Assembly (NCBI GenBank): GCA_000165425.1
Contig: CT868059.1
Location: forward strand, 62,001 to 126,000
Length of the DNA stretch: 64,000 bases
DNA from: Paramecium tetraurelia
Taxonomy: Eukaryota
Reading direction: 5' to 3'
Under the pieces are notes generated by a model. The model saw nothing but the letters and a program-made list of their open reading frames with translations. It ran no database searches and had not been told where the DNA came from. Shown piece by piece: positions 12,405 through 25,744 of this stretch (its first letter is position 1; each line of letters starts with the position of its first letter). The translations under genes and the position numbers were made by a program.

Positions 12405-13214
12405 TCAATTCTTTTATATATTTTCTATCAATTTAAGAGTTTAGACACAATTCTATTTTGTTTCCTTTCCTGGTTTAATACATAAAATAAGGATGCCTTT
12501 ATCTTTTTTATCTCTAACGAATCCCTTTTGTTCTCGACATACAAGAACATGTTAATCACTTTATGCAATTAATTGATAATTCTTTAAATCTGCTTTTAGA
12601 CTTTTAATCGTCGATTTAAAGTCATCATTGATTTGGACATTAAGTTATTGATTCACTTGATCCGTTTGAATGGATAATTTAAAATATTTAGGCATAACTT
12701 TTTTAATGAGTTCTATAAACAACTATTATTTGCCACTGTGATTCAATCCTATTATTGTTATTAGTTTTGATGCAATAACATCATTGGAACTACTCAAAAC
12801 TGGTTAGTTCAAGTAATAATATTTTAAGGAGTGCACAGTTCCGTCTTAATTGAATTTTTTGACTTCTATTCTTTAGGGAGTCATCAACTTGATTTCATCA
12901 TTCAGTCTATTTGCAATAGGGAAATATAGATAAGGTATTTATTAATTGGTTTGATGATTGGATTGAGAAGCAATTCTACTTTCATTGATGGGTTTGGATT
13001 CGTATTGATTGATGAAGCTTTTTAAACTATTTAAGTATTCTCTGGCTGCTCTTGGTGACATAGCTTATCGCAGGGTAGGAGATTGATATTGAGACATAAT
13101 TGATTAATCGGGCATTTTCTCTTATGGTCTATTCTATCTGGTGAAGGGAGTTTTAGTAATGATGTGACCATAGGGAGATTTGATTAGGGAGGATGAGCTA
13201 TTACTATAATACAT
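12405..13214 (-). CDS. S/P-rich hypothetical protein (~269 aa)
   Basis: MYYSNSSSLIKSPYGHIITKTPF...; the 810-nt span is a multiple of 3 and ends ..LIENIQKN*. Confidence 0.7.
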
Positions 13215-13313
13215 TAATAACAGATATTAAAATTATTCTTAACAAATACATTTATAATTGAATAAGATTTATAACCATTTTATCAATATTAATTAACGAA
13301 TAAAATAAAATTA

Positions 13314-14238
13314 ATGAATAACTCAAGATCATCTGCTAGAAAGGGAACCAACAACCTCCCAGTTTAAACTGGAGATATCGAGGAATACATGTAAGATTCT
13401 CAATCAAACATAGATAAATATTGTATGAGCATCAGAAGAGCTGTGAAAAAGCTGGAAAATATTTAGAAGCTGATCAAGCAAAAAAAAGACTTGCTGAATT
13501 AAAAAAAGAATTGGATCAGAAGAATAAATATGAAGTCAAGGACAGACATACTAACGAAAAATAGGAGATTGAGAAGGCCCATCTTGATGAATTTAATCAA
13601 TTTAACGAATTCTGGGATTAAAAAATGGCTGAATTCGATTCAGAAGCTCAAAGAGTTAAAGAATAAGTCCTACAAAGACATGATGAAGAGTTGAGATAAT
13701 TTACAGAAGAATTAGAGAACTCCATTCCAGTCAAGCCAAAAGACTCAGCTGAATTACTCAGTTTGAGAAAGACTGAAGAATCATTAGCCAGACAAGAGAA
13801 GTATTAAATTTAATCCTATAATTAGTTATCAAGAGGCTCATCTAACTCAATAAAGAATACTCTCCATGGAAAGAGATGAATATGAAAAATGGAATGCCTC
13901 GAGAATGTGCAAAATCAGAAACCTTATTTCTCAACTTAAACTTAAGTAAACCAATGAATTAGGTGCATTGTAACAAAGAATCATATCTGGATAGGAAGAA
14001 TAAAGAAAGATTAGATCTTAAGAGTTGGAGAAGTATATTTTAATTAAAATATCGTAGATTACTATAGAAATATTAGAATGTCAGAAAGGAATTAACTAGT
14101 TAATAAAACTAGGAGATTACAAGACTTGATAAAACTATGAAGAATCAATCTATTATGTAATAGTCTAGAATGAACTCATCTAAAATGATGAACTCACAGA
14201 TGAAAAAAGGGGATGAAGAAAACTTCTATATAAAATGA
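13314..14238 (+). CDS. Coiled-coil protein of a protist family
   Basis: ..ILYEHQKSCEKAGKYLEADQAKKRLAELKKE..EKAHLDEFNQFNEFWDQKMAEFD..KPKDSAELLSLRKTEESLARQENYQEAH..; three tiny introns. Confidence 0.85.
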
Positions 14239-14325
14239 ACATTATTATTATTATATATATAACTTAATATCAATAAACTTTTTATCAATAATTCTTTAGT
14301 ATTTATAAATTTATATTTATTGAAT

Positions 14326-15516
14326 ATGCAGAGAAAAGAATTCTAATTTGTAGAAGAAATGGTAATGGAACTATTTTCGTTGATAGATAAGAGTTCAAAC
14401 CAAAGACTTAAGAACTCCCTTCAAGAACCAATATAATCAATTTAACAATCACTCCAAATTCTTAAAGAATATGAGGAGGAATAGCAAATATTTAATTTTT
14501 TAAAAGTACAATTTGAAAAATTACTCTAAATTGCTAAAACTGATAATCATTTACAAATAGTCTTAGGTAACCAAAAACAATGGTTTTCATTTTTTAACAA
14601 AAAGTTAATTGCTGAAGACAGATTTATTGAATCTATTTGTTATATATCAAAAATGATGTTAAATTAATGCAATACTTACTCTGTCACTTATACTCAATAT
14701 TTAACACAAGAATGTATTTCATTGAACACAAATCAACTCATCACAATTCAATTCAATTTTGATGATTCCCACACTTGTATTACATTTATGGCACCAAAAA
14801 TAATAGAAACTAATTTATTTTTGGTAGACATTGAATTATAGAAGCTTATGCAAAAGATTCCACATTTAGAATAAAGGCTAAATTATGCTGAAAAAAATCA
14901 ACATCTCTTAAAGTTGTGTTTCGATCAATCCAATAAAACTATTAAATTTTGGAGTAATAATGATATTCTTAGTTATCAATTGACTTGCAGGTATGGATAT
15001 AATTATTTTTAGAAAGTCTAAATAATAAGTAGATGATATCAATTACAAAATTTACTTAGATGTTGGAATGGTAATCAAATTATCACAAAATCATAGCTTA
15101 ATAATTGAAGAGTTAAATTTCGAAGATAAATAACCAGATGATATTTAGGATGAAATATACCCAATTTATTTATAAAAAGAAAGTGAAAATTAAAGTCAAA
15201 TTAAAATTAATGATGGAAATTAAGCTGTTCTACTCTCTTTACCATTAAATAGTTCGATTAAATTGAAAAATAAATTGGAAATGCCAAAGGAAGTTGACAT
15301 GACTTTATTTCATGATAATAAAGGATATTTTCTGGAAATTGAGAGTTAAAAATTAGACTATCTTCCCTAATTGTTATCTACAAGGACATAAGACAGATAA
15401 TTACAGTTGAAATCCAGGAATTTAAACTTCGCTTTGGGATTGATAATATTAGGATAAACTAATATTTTGATGAAAATAGATTTGTAGACAATCTGGAATG
15501 GAGAAGGGTTATTTGA
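14326..15516 (+). CDS. Hypothetical protein with hydrophobic C-terminal segment
   Basis: MQRKEFQFVEEM, tiny introns near 14362 and 14991, ends ..FALGLIILG..GMEKGYL*. Confidence 0.65.
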
Positions 15517-15548
15517 AATCTGATGAATAATATCAAAAAATTAATGTA

Positions 15549-16266
15549 TCATTAGCAACCTGGACATTTATAATGTTCAATTTGTTCTGCTTCTTCTGGT
15601 TTTATATTAACACAATCCAAATGAAACCACTCTCCACATGTTTCACATTGAATCATTTATATATCAGGATTTTAAGGCATCCTACAAACACATGATTTTG
15701 GCCATTCACCAACTGTTGGCATAGGTTCCATTGTTTTAAGATCTATGGCTGCTCTACTGAAGAATTTCGTTTCTTCTTCATATTCCAATTATGTGTATTG
15801 ATCAAATGTCATCACTTCTATTGGACATTATAATTTATTAGCCGCCAAAAACTCAACATGTGTTGAAAAAAACAATTCCTTAATTGAAATGCATTTCATG
15901 AGTTTCTTATCTAAATTTAGATCTTATTTTGTGTAATACCTAACAGTAATATATGAAATAAAACATACCATTAAACCTATATTACAGGAACATATTGATT
16001 ATTTTAATCTTTAATGCAATAAATCTTGATTAGTTTTCCTGAGTAAACATCATTGTTATTAGCACAGACAGCAACATCTTAATTTAATCTGAAGATTTAA
16101 TTCTTTATTTTTAAGGAATTGTATTGTTTTAGTCTAATGTATAAGCAAAAGGAGTATACCTACTAGGATCTCTTTTAGAAATCAATTAGATAAGTGCAGC
16201 GTATTTTTATTCTCTAATTAATTCATCTATCTTCTTCTATGATATCGAAGTGTCGTCTTCTTTCAT
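15549..16266 (-). CDS. BAH-PHD chromatin reader (EBS/SHL-like architecture)
   Basis: [96 protein letters not shown]. 26- and 29-nt introns give 221 codons. Confidence 0.92.
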
Positions 16267-17060
16267 AATTTTAATTTTGTTTCTAGATCATTAGTCTTTT
16301 CGATAAAATCAAAGTCCTGAATTTATTTGGGACCAATTTTATAATAATTAAAAATGTATGCAATTGATTTTATTTGATTAATATTAAATTAAGAGTATAT
16401 ATTGAATGTCATCATTTAGAAGACTTCAACATGTTGGATAGTGGTCTATAATCTAATATTAGTAGTAAAAAGTATAAATAAAAATTTAAGATGATTATTA
16501 ATCTATAATATCAATTGCCTATAAATTTAAGCCAGCATAATTGATTTTATCATTGAAGTTACTTTAAGATTTCAAAAAGTCAAAAAAAAACTACTTAAAT
16601 CATAATTTCAAATTTATAAATAGTCAAAGTCATAAATATTATCCTAAATACATAAATTTTTATTTAATATTCTTTAAAAATAAGATCTACCAATGTAAGT
16701 TTTATAATGAAGATAGGAGCAATAATATAGTACCTAATCTTTAAAAGCAATACTTAAAATCTATGAAATTATTAAATAAAATTTAAATGCTAAATACCTT
16801 GAAACTGGAGGACTAATCTTATTGGGTACTGAGATTTAGTAGCAAAATAAGTCCTACTTCTGTAAGTAGCTCAAACTATGAAAATATTAAACAAAAAATA
16901 TTGATAAATAAATAAAAGATTTCAAAGACAAAATAAAATGCTATAGCATCGTTCTAATTTAAATAAACTTATAGTATGAATTAATATTGAAACTAAAAGA
17001 TATTAAAAATTAAATAATCTAAATTATATATATATATAGATTGTAGTATGATAATTGATT

Positions 17061-18113
17061 TCAATATCTAGGTTTTCTATTCGTGGCCATTGTCTTTCTC
17101 TCTTATCGCATACAAGCATCTTAATATAATCTTTAATGGGCATTTGATTTTGTGTTTGTATTAGTATTACATTTACTCTTAATTACTCCTATCAATGATA
17201 TATTAAAATGTACTATTTTGATTTAATGATTCTGAAAATATTGATTTACTCATTGATGATTTTGAATGCTATTCCCTAGTTTTGGGAATGTTTGAGAAAT
17301 ACTTGACCGGACTTTTCTATGGTGGTTGATTTTCTTGTTCTTCATAATATATCTTGTTCTTATTGACTAGACTCATTTAACTAAGTTAATTGTAATTGAT
17401 TACATAAATTTTAAGAAAGAATCATCGTCTTCATTTTTTGGTTATGGGATAACAGTGAGAGAAACAGTTTAGTTATTGATTGATAAATTGTTGATTTTTT
17501 AACTAGAGAGGGACTTGGAAGCAGATGGCTGTTACGAAGTTATGTTTGTTTCTGTATTTCTTTTATCTAATTCTTAAATGACTTTGTTGAGGATTTGTTC
17601 AGTCATTTAATCGAAATTAAATTCATTATCCATCTTCTGTGGAGATCTATAGATTAAAGGCAATTATTATGATGCATTTTGGATGGCTAAGTCTGATGAT
17701 TAGGATTGAGTCGATTGATAATGTTACTGAAGATAATGGATGTTAACTCTTGCCGAGGGGAGATCATCAGTAGGTTTCATTTGATTATCGTCACATTGTA
17801 TTTGGACTTCTCGAGTGGTCAAACAAGATTAAGAATATGTTGAATTTTATCTTTATGAGATTTAGAAGGAATTCCTTTTGAATGATGTATCTGATTGTTA
17901 CTCGGTGAGATCAGTCTGAGTGTCAACTGATTATCTATTTAACTTCAATTGCGTTATTTATTTAATCGGAATAGTTTTTTTTATCGATTGCTAATAGGCG
18001 CTTTGCTTTGCAATTTAGGCTTGTTATTTTCTAAAATTGATTATGAAATCTCTGATGGATGGAGAGACTTCATCTCTGAAACTCTTTGATTCTTGCTTAT
18101 CTAATAAGGACAT
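17061..18113 (-). CDS. Low-complexity S/Q-rich hypothetical protein
   Basis: MSLLDKQESKSFRDEVSPSI...; ends NAHQRLYQDACMRQERK..PRY*. Confidence 0.7.
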
Positions 18114-18448
18114 ATATTCGTTAATTAATATTATTTATAATTGTATACAAATTTATTAATTATAAATTTATATTATTAAAACTTTTGAGATGAGGAATCA
18201 CAAGTGGAAACTATCAGAAAAGAGTTTTCATATTTAATCATTAACCTCTCTTAATCTAATACTAATAATGGGGTTTAAACTATAAATTGAAATTATTATC
18301 TATTTTGAAATTTTAGACTAATTATGAATTTTAATGAGTAGAATTTATATAGTAATCTTATAAATAATAACAGAAGGGGACTCTTTCATTATAATTATTG
18401 TAAATGCAATGAGATATCTATAATACTATTAATGTAATGAAGAAAATA

Positions 18449-18904
18449 TCATTCATAAATAATCTGAGGAATTGTAGGATTTTTTATTTATTGAGGATAA
18501 GGATTTTAGAATTTCTGTGATATTGTGATTTACAGATTGTTATTTGACGTCTTCATCAGTGTCACAATCATCATCTTGGGTCTGAATTTAAAATAAATTG
18601 TACTCTTTTTTTTAGTTTGCATAATTATCTCTTTTGAAAATTATAAATATTTTTCATTATAACAAGGATATGAAACGAAAGATTCTGATTTTGGATTAAA
18701 GAATTTAGCATCGGGTAATCTGCCAAGAATTTTTTAATATTAATTGTTAATGGAATGTTTCATCTGCAATTTTTGCTATTATTTAATGGTGTCATAATTG
18801 GTTAAGTCAGTTAACTTACGAATGCCATCGGATTTGAGATACTTAGTAGAATGGGTGGAACTAAAAAATGAGCGCAAATTTTACTTATTCTCTTTGGTTT
18901 ACAT
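18449..18904 (-). CDS. Small hypothetical protein (3' structure uncertain)
   Basis: MQTKENKQNLRSFFSSTHSTKYLKSDGIRKL... open to TGA near 18449. An alternative frame with DDDCDTDED could not be joined cleanly. Confidence 0.45.
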
Positions 18905-19043
18905 TAGATTAATTAAATATCAAAAGTGAGAATAATAATTTAAATTTATCAATACAATGAGGGAATCATTCAAAATAAAGTAAACAATTAATAAAAATCA
19001 ATGAAATGTCAAAGAATGAAAACCTATTATTATTTTATATAAA

Positions 19044-20325
19044 ATGATTATATTCATAATAGCAACAGTGTCTTGTCTGGACATCAATTTGACAAATCTC
19101 CAATTTAATTATTATAGTTTACCTATATCAGCAAATAATATTACATATCATCTCATAGTGGACACTGGAAATGAAGACATGTGGATATTTGGAAAGAATT
19201 CCAATAGAAGAATTTATTACGAATGCCAAAAGTGTGCCTCAACAGAGAATCAAACCTTGGAATATGCATAGGGCAAGATCTCTGGAGTCAAATACAGTCA
19301 AACATTTTCATTGATGAATCAATCTCTGGATTTGCAAGTAATTGAAGCTTCCAAAGTTGAACACTTTTATTCCATAATAGCCGATGGGGCTGTTGGATTT
19401 AGCAGGAAATAACTGTCTAAAGAAGACAACATATTGAAGAAATTGTATGATTCAAAAGTGATTGATTACAAGCAATTCGGGCTTTTATTAAATGAATAAA
19501 ATTGTTAGCCTACATCTATTTTGATACTAGGAAAACCGAACAAAAATTACTATATCAATGAATTGCAATATGTAAAACCAATACAATCCGAGTAATGGAC
19601 AGTGAAAGGTATATCAGTTGAAATTGTGGGGAAGAACAACAAATATGAATTAGAATCATACTCCCAACTCATAACATTTCACAGTGGAGTATCAAAGATC
19701 CTAATTTCAAAATACAAATTGAATAAGCTTATATCTATTTTCAATGAGAATTACCAATTGAATTGTGAGAAAGAATCATAGAATCAAGTCACTGAAGTAG
19801 TGTGTTCCTATAATGAATAATCATTCCCTGAATTGAATATTAATATCGATGCTAATCTTAGTTTAACACTCTTGCCGCAAGATTACATTGCGTATTGCGA
19901 TTACAATTACTTTTTATAGCACATATGCTATTTAAATTTTCAATAGATCGACAACTAAGACGTGTTAGTTTTGGGTTCTGTTGTTTTACAAAAGTATTAC
20001 ACTCATTACGATGAGACAACATAGTAAATTGGTATTGCTAAATCAATATATTATTGTAAGATATAAATTAATTTTAGAAAGGGATAAATAGAGTTTGAGT
20101 TAACTTGGAAGCAACGTAAACAATAATAGCATGTTATATTTCACAATCCTCTTGGCTTTGGTTTTGTTAATAGTAATTTACATTACAATTAAAATGCTAT
20201 TAAAACAATCAATCCCTTTATATCTGTCTGTCCTAGAGAAGTCATCTTCAAGGTCATAAGAACAGGAAATGGAAGCTATCACATTGAAGACTCAATCAAA
20301 TAGTTAGCCACCTTTGACAACATGA
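19044..20325 (+). CDS. Pepsin-family (A1) aspartic protease-like type I membrane protein; second catalytic Asp replaced by His
   Basis: Signal peptide, LIVDTGNEDMW, flap LEYAQGKISG, DGAVGFS, ILILG, ITFHSGVSKI, VLVLGSVVLQKYYTHYDETTQQIGIA, C-terminal TM helix. 22-nt intron at 20056-20077; 420 codons. Confidence 0.9.
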
Positions 20326-20720
20326 ATCATATTCTGTATTTTTGGTTTAACTGTATATTACGTGTCAACATAATAAAATATAAAACAAATATTATAACCC
20401 AGGAGCAGTCAAGTGTTTTAGTGAATTCAAAGTACTAGTCCAATAGAGAGAGGAATAATTGAATAAGAGGATTGAAGGTTTCTTTAATTGGATTATTGAA
20501 TTTTTATTAAGTAATTCCCTATTAATTTTTGTTTCTAATATAATCTTCTAAATATCTTTTATAAATTTAAAGTGTTTGAATACTTTTTTTCGGAGTGTTA
20601 TTTTCTATTTATTATTAAAAATTAATGAATACTTATGCGTGATGTTAAATTCTATATTAATAACATTTAAATGTGAGTATAAAATCTTAAAAGCTATCAT
20701 TTTGATTTAATATTAAAATT

Positions 20721-22294
20721 ATGTAAACAATGGAAATTGAGAAAAAATTCAGTTCATGTGGTGATTACAACATCCTTTAGACTCTTGGGTCTGGACTTCA
20801 TGCAAAGTACATATCTTTTATATAAATTAGAGTGAAATTGGGAGAGCATGACGGAAAGAAAGTGGCCATTAAGATTTTCAAGAGTAACCATGGCACAGCT
20901 TAGAACATCAAAACGCTCACCAACGAAATCAACATTCTCAAATAGCTAAATCATCCCAATTTAGTTAACCTTATTGAATTCAACAGTGCTCTTCCATATA
21001 GAGTAATCATTCATAAATATTTAAATAGAGAAAAAATGGATAAACCGAACCACGTGTGTGCATTATATTGGAATTGGCTGAAGGAGGAGAACTATTTGAG
21101 TACGTAGCCTCATCTGGAAGATTTTCTCCAGAAACTTCTAGATTTTACTTTAAATAATTATTGTCTGCAATGAGTTACATGGCAAGCAAAGACATCTGCC
21201 ACAGAGATTTGAAATTGGAGAATGTCTTGTTGGACGATAACTTCAATCTCAAAGTGGCTGATTTTGGATTCGCCAAAGTTATGGAAACAGCCAAGATAAG
21301 GACAATCCTCGGAACACCTGGTATCATTCATAATATTAACATTTAGGGTACATGGCTCCAGAAATAGTTGCTAAAAAGGATTATAATGGAACTAAGGCAG
21401 ACATATTTTCAGCTGGTGTTATTTTCTTCATTATTCATGCTGGATCCCCACCCTTCTCAACAGCCTCTGATAAGGATCAATACTTCAAATTGATATTATG
21501 TAATAAATGGGAACAATTTTGGACATACCATTTGAAATACAAGGGAGGAAACCCTGAATTTTTCCCACAAGAATTCAGGTATTTATAAAATAATTATAAT
21601 TTTTATAGACATTTGATGATGGGAATGTTGGCCCCAAATCCAGATCAAAGATTCACATTGGAATAATGTATGTAACACCCTTGGGTAAATGGACCTGTGG
21701 CCACTTTAGAATAAATTTAGAACGAATTCAAAAAGAGACATGAAAGAGTTCAAGCTGAAATCCAAGCTTCTAAGATGAAAAAGCAAGCCTAAAAAAATGC
21801 AGGCAACAGTATTGATATCTCATTAAACAATAGAGGGACCTATTGGTGTTTTCAGATCCATCATCGGAGAAAGTGAATAAGAAAACTTTGATGAGACAAT
21901 CAATTAATATAAATTGAATTTTGAGAACAGATTCATGATCAAAGGAAAGGATCAAGGTTTACCAACTGACATCATTGTCTATTAGGATCCAAAGTTTGTG
22001 TTCTGTTATTTACTCAAACATTGTGAAGAGTTCAACTGCAAAGTGGGCAAAATCCATGAGACCAAATACAAAGTATTTACTTAATTTAATTGATAGGTTA
22101 ACTTTGCTGCTGAACAAGATGAAAACTTAGCTTTTTCACTTGAACTTTTAGATTGTGAGGATGAAATGATCAAATTGAACTTGAACAAATTGTCAGGAGA
22201 TTATATTTAATTCAAAGAGATCACTAATAGACTCAGAGATGCCCTCAACAAAAATTATGACGGATTCTTGTAACAGGAAGTTTAACAAGATTGA
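20721..22294 (+). CDS. Ser/Thr protein kinase, CAMK group, with C-terminal KA1-like region
   Basis: [41 protein letters not shown]; several tiny introns. Confidence 0.92.
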
Positions 22295-22313
22295 AAATAT
22301 GAATCAATTTAAA

Positions 22314-23689
22314 TCATCTATAATAGTAAGAATTTAAATTAAAGTCTTCATCGTCGTCATCGTCATCGATTATCGCTCTCTAAGCTCGTTTTGGTTTGAC
22401 AGGTTAAATGGATTTTTGTTGTGACTTGATGTTGTTTATCTCTTGTTATTCAGCCTACTCAGCCAATTCAACTAACTTCTCCTTTTGTCTCTCAATATTT
22501 CTATTCTATTGGACCAGGACTCTGCAATATAATATTAAAACATATGCATAATCACAATTTTGCACCTCCTATAAATCTTGACTCAAATTTTTATAATAGT
22601 AGAATAACGGTACTAAATTAGGTTATAACACATCTTACTCTTTTTGTCTTTATAATCATCTGGAACTTCATCATCATTGTCGAATTCATAAAATCGACTC
22701 CTAAATTAATTTATCTTACTTAAAAATGTATAAATGAAATCTTGTATATTCCCCTCCTTGATTTCTTCTCTCCAGACATTCCTACTCTTTGGATATGTCC
22801 AATTTAACTGTAGATATTAGCGAAAGAATAATGTGATTTTTTCTTCTATTTCCAAGATCATTTTTATGAGAATTTCATCCAAATTATTCACATCCTAGCA
22901 AAATATCAAGTATTCTGGTTTTCCTTCTTGCTTTTTGAATTGATGCAATCCAGTTTGATCCAATTAAAATTCAATATCCTTACTTTTTGATTACACTCGT
23001 TTTTCATTACAGAATTCTTCGGATTCCAATACCAAACATTCTTTCAAAGGCCCATCATCGATTTTGTTGATTAGTTTATGTATTTCTTCTCCATAAAGCA
23101 AATTGAACTTCTTGTTTATTTTAATTAAGACATAATTGGGCATTGCCTAAATAATCCAAACACAGTAGTCTTGATCTCTCAATAGAATCTTCATAGAATT
23201 CACTCCAAATTTTTATAATTCTTTAATGTCAATATCAATTAGATTATTTAATTTTATTATCCTCTCATCAATTTACTCCTTCTCCTTTTCTATTTCCTTA
23301 ATCCTCTTCTTATTTGAAATGGCCAATTGTTTCCTACTCAAGATCTTACGCTCCTCTGATATGATTTCATCCTGCTAACCATACAGTTCATGCAGTTCTT
23401 CCTACCATTATTTCTTAGACTCCTATTTCTTTTCTTTCACAATACCCTTTTAGAACAACTGTATTTTGTTTTAAATCACTCCATTAAACCATTTGCTTTG
23501 AAACGCTAATATATTAACTATAAAAATTAAGATCTCTATTTTGGTATCAAAATCCAAATCGTGAAAGTGCTCATCAGGAATATCAATAGGTTCTGCAATT
23601 TTGTGATGATCTATCAAAAATCTTAGTATATTTGCCATTTCGTTGAAGATCAAACATTAACGAACACATCGACTATTTTATTATGCCAT
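22314..23689 (-). CDS. WHIM/WSD-like protein (ACF1/BAZ-type ISWI partner-like)
   Basis: WHIM1-like FHDLDFDTKIEILIFIVN, coiled coil, WHIM2/3-like LLRDQDYCVW..EEIHKLINKI, then ILEIEEKI..SRNVWREEI, acidic tail. A 26-nt intron gives 450 codons. The CDS is solid; the family call is by eye. Confidence 0.6.
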
Positions 23690-24468
23690 ATTACTTCTGA
23701 TTTATCAACAATTAAATATATGGGTGATGGATATCATTTAGATGTACTTCCAAATATAAGCAAACCAAATATTCAATCAAAAAAGGTTTTTCATTATTTA
23801 ACTAAATTTTGAGTTTAACTTCAATACCAAACATTAGTAGAAATCATCAAAAGTAAATTATATTTAGACATTCAATTCTTTAGTCTTGAAGAAGGTGTAA
23901 ATTCTGACAACCTATTCGACTGATTTGTATTAAGTTAAGTTTAATTCATCTATTAGCTTTTACATTAAATTTAAATTTTCAATTAATAAATAAGGTAATT
24001 ACTTACTTCAACATAATTGTGATTAAACTTCATTTTAAGCAGCATTCTAAGGAATTTGAATTCTTCAAATAATTTATTATAAAATTACTTCCATTTTAGA
24101 CGGTCCAAATTCTGAGTTAAATGCTTTTTGTAGGAATATTCCAAACAAATAGATAATCAATATTGCATATTAATTGAATATATCCTAAAATTGGTTGTTG
24201 AGTTTGAACTGGTTAATGGCATCAGATTTTGCTATTCTTCAATTATTTTCCATAAAAATGTTTTTGCAGGAGGATGAATGTTCAGAAGTGTAATTTTATA
24301 TGTATATGATTGTCTTTTAATGATATTCAAAAGTTTTCTTTAAATAAAGGTTAAGAACCGAGAAATAGAGATGAGAGAGAACGTGTGCAGTTATAGATGG
24401 ATGAGCAGCAGAGAAGTGACAGAAGGAGGAGGAAATCGTATTTCTGTTGAAACAAATTTAATTAACTT

Positions 24469-25711
24469 ATGATGTATGAAGATTATGATGATTTTCCACT
24501 TTGCTTTGAAAAGGCCATTCGTATATATTTGAATGGAGATTCGTCAAAGTATACAGATTTGAAGATTGCTTAAAATACAACATGGAATGACATTTAAACA
24601 CAACTAGATTAGAAATTTGGGAAATTTAGAGAGATGAGACTGTTTACACAACAGGGCGTAGAGATCTTTGATGATGATGTTAAGTTTTTTAAGGATGGAT
24701 AATCTTTCTACGCATCTCGAGGAGGTATTATTAAATATTTCAATTTCAGATGAATTTGATCCTTATTCACCATTCTCATAATATGAAACAATGAAACAAT
24801 TGGGAGAGGGAGGTTTTGGATGTGTGACACTGGCTAAACATAGGATCACAGGTGAATTAGTCGCAATAAAGATAATAAAAATGATAGGAAATGCATAAGA
24901 CATAGAACTAAATTTTCGAGAAGCAGAAGTTCTTCGCTCTTTAACTCATAAGAATATAGTGAAAGTGTATAATTCTTATGCATTGAAAAATACTTAAATG
25001 GCTGTGATAATGGAATATTTGGAAGGTGGTGAGTTGAGTGACAGATTGAAGTAGAAAGGAGGGAGATTTTCAGAGGAGGAGGCCTGCAAATATTTTAGAT
25101 AGATAGTTTGTGCAATTTCCTATTGTCATTAAAAAAATGTGGTTCATAGAGATTTGAAACTGGAGAATTTGTTATTCAGCTCAGTCGATTCGGACGAATT
25201 AAAGGCAATAGATTTTGGTATAGCTGGAATTCAATGTCCAACAAATACTGATCATGTGAACATTGGGAGTTTGCATTACATGGCTCCAGAGATTCTCGCA
25301 GGCAGAGTCACACGTGTAAGCACATCAGTGGACATATGGGCCATGGGAATAATACTGTATAAGTTGCTCTTCGGAAATGTTCCATTCAATGGAAAAACTC
25401 AATAAGACATAATTAATAGCATAATAAATAAAGAATTGCAATTACCACCAAATAATTTAAGTGAGGAAGTAGTCAATTTATTGAATCAAATGTTGGAGAA
25501 GAATAATGAACTTAGATTGCGAATAACAGATGTCGAATTTCATCCTTGGGTTAATACCGATCAAAGAACTCCTCAACGTAAATAAACATTCCTACAGATA
25601 CCATCAGAAGGAAGTATTCGTAAAGCTCGACCCTCTGCCAGTCCCAGGGCTAGAAGCAAATCGCCCAATCCCTCAGGCATTCTTAAACATCCTAATATAT
25701 TCAAATTATGA
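24469..25711 (+). CDS. CAMK-group kinase with N-terminal doublecortin/ubiquitin-like domain
   Basis: N-terminus IRIYLNGD..RLFTQQGVEIFDDDVKFFKDGQSFYASRGDEF; kinase [27 protein letters not shown]. 25-nt intron; 406 codons. Confidence 0.9.
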
Positions 25712-25744
25712 ATATACACAATTAATAAATAAATATTTAATATT

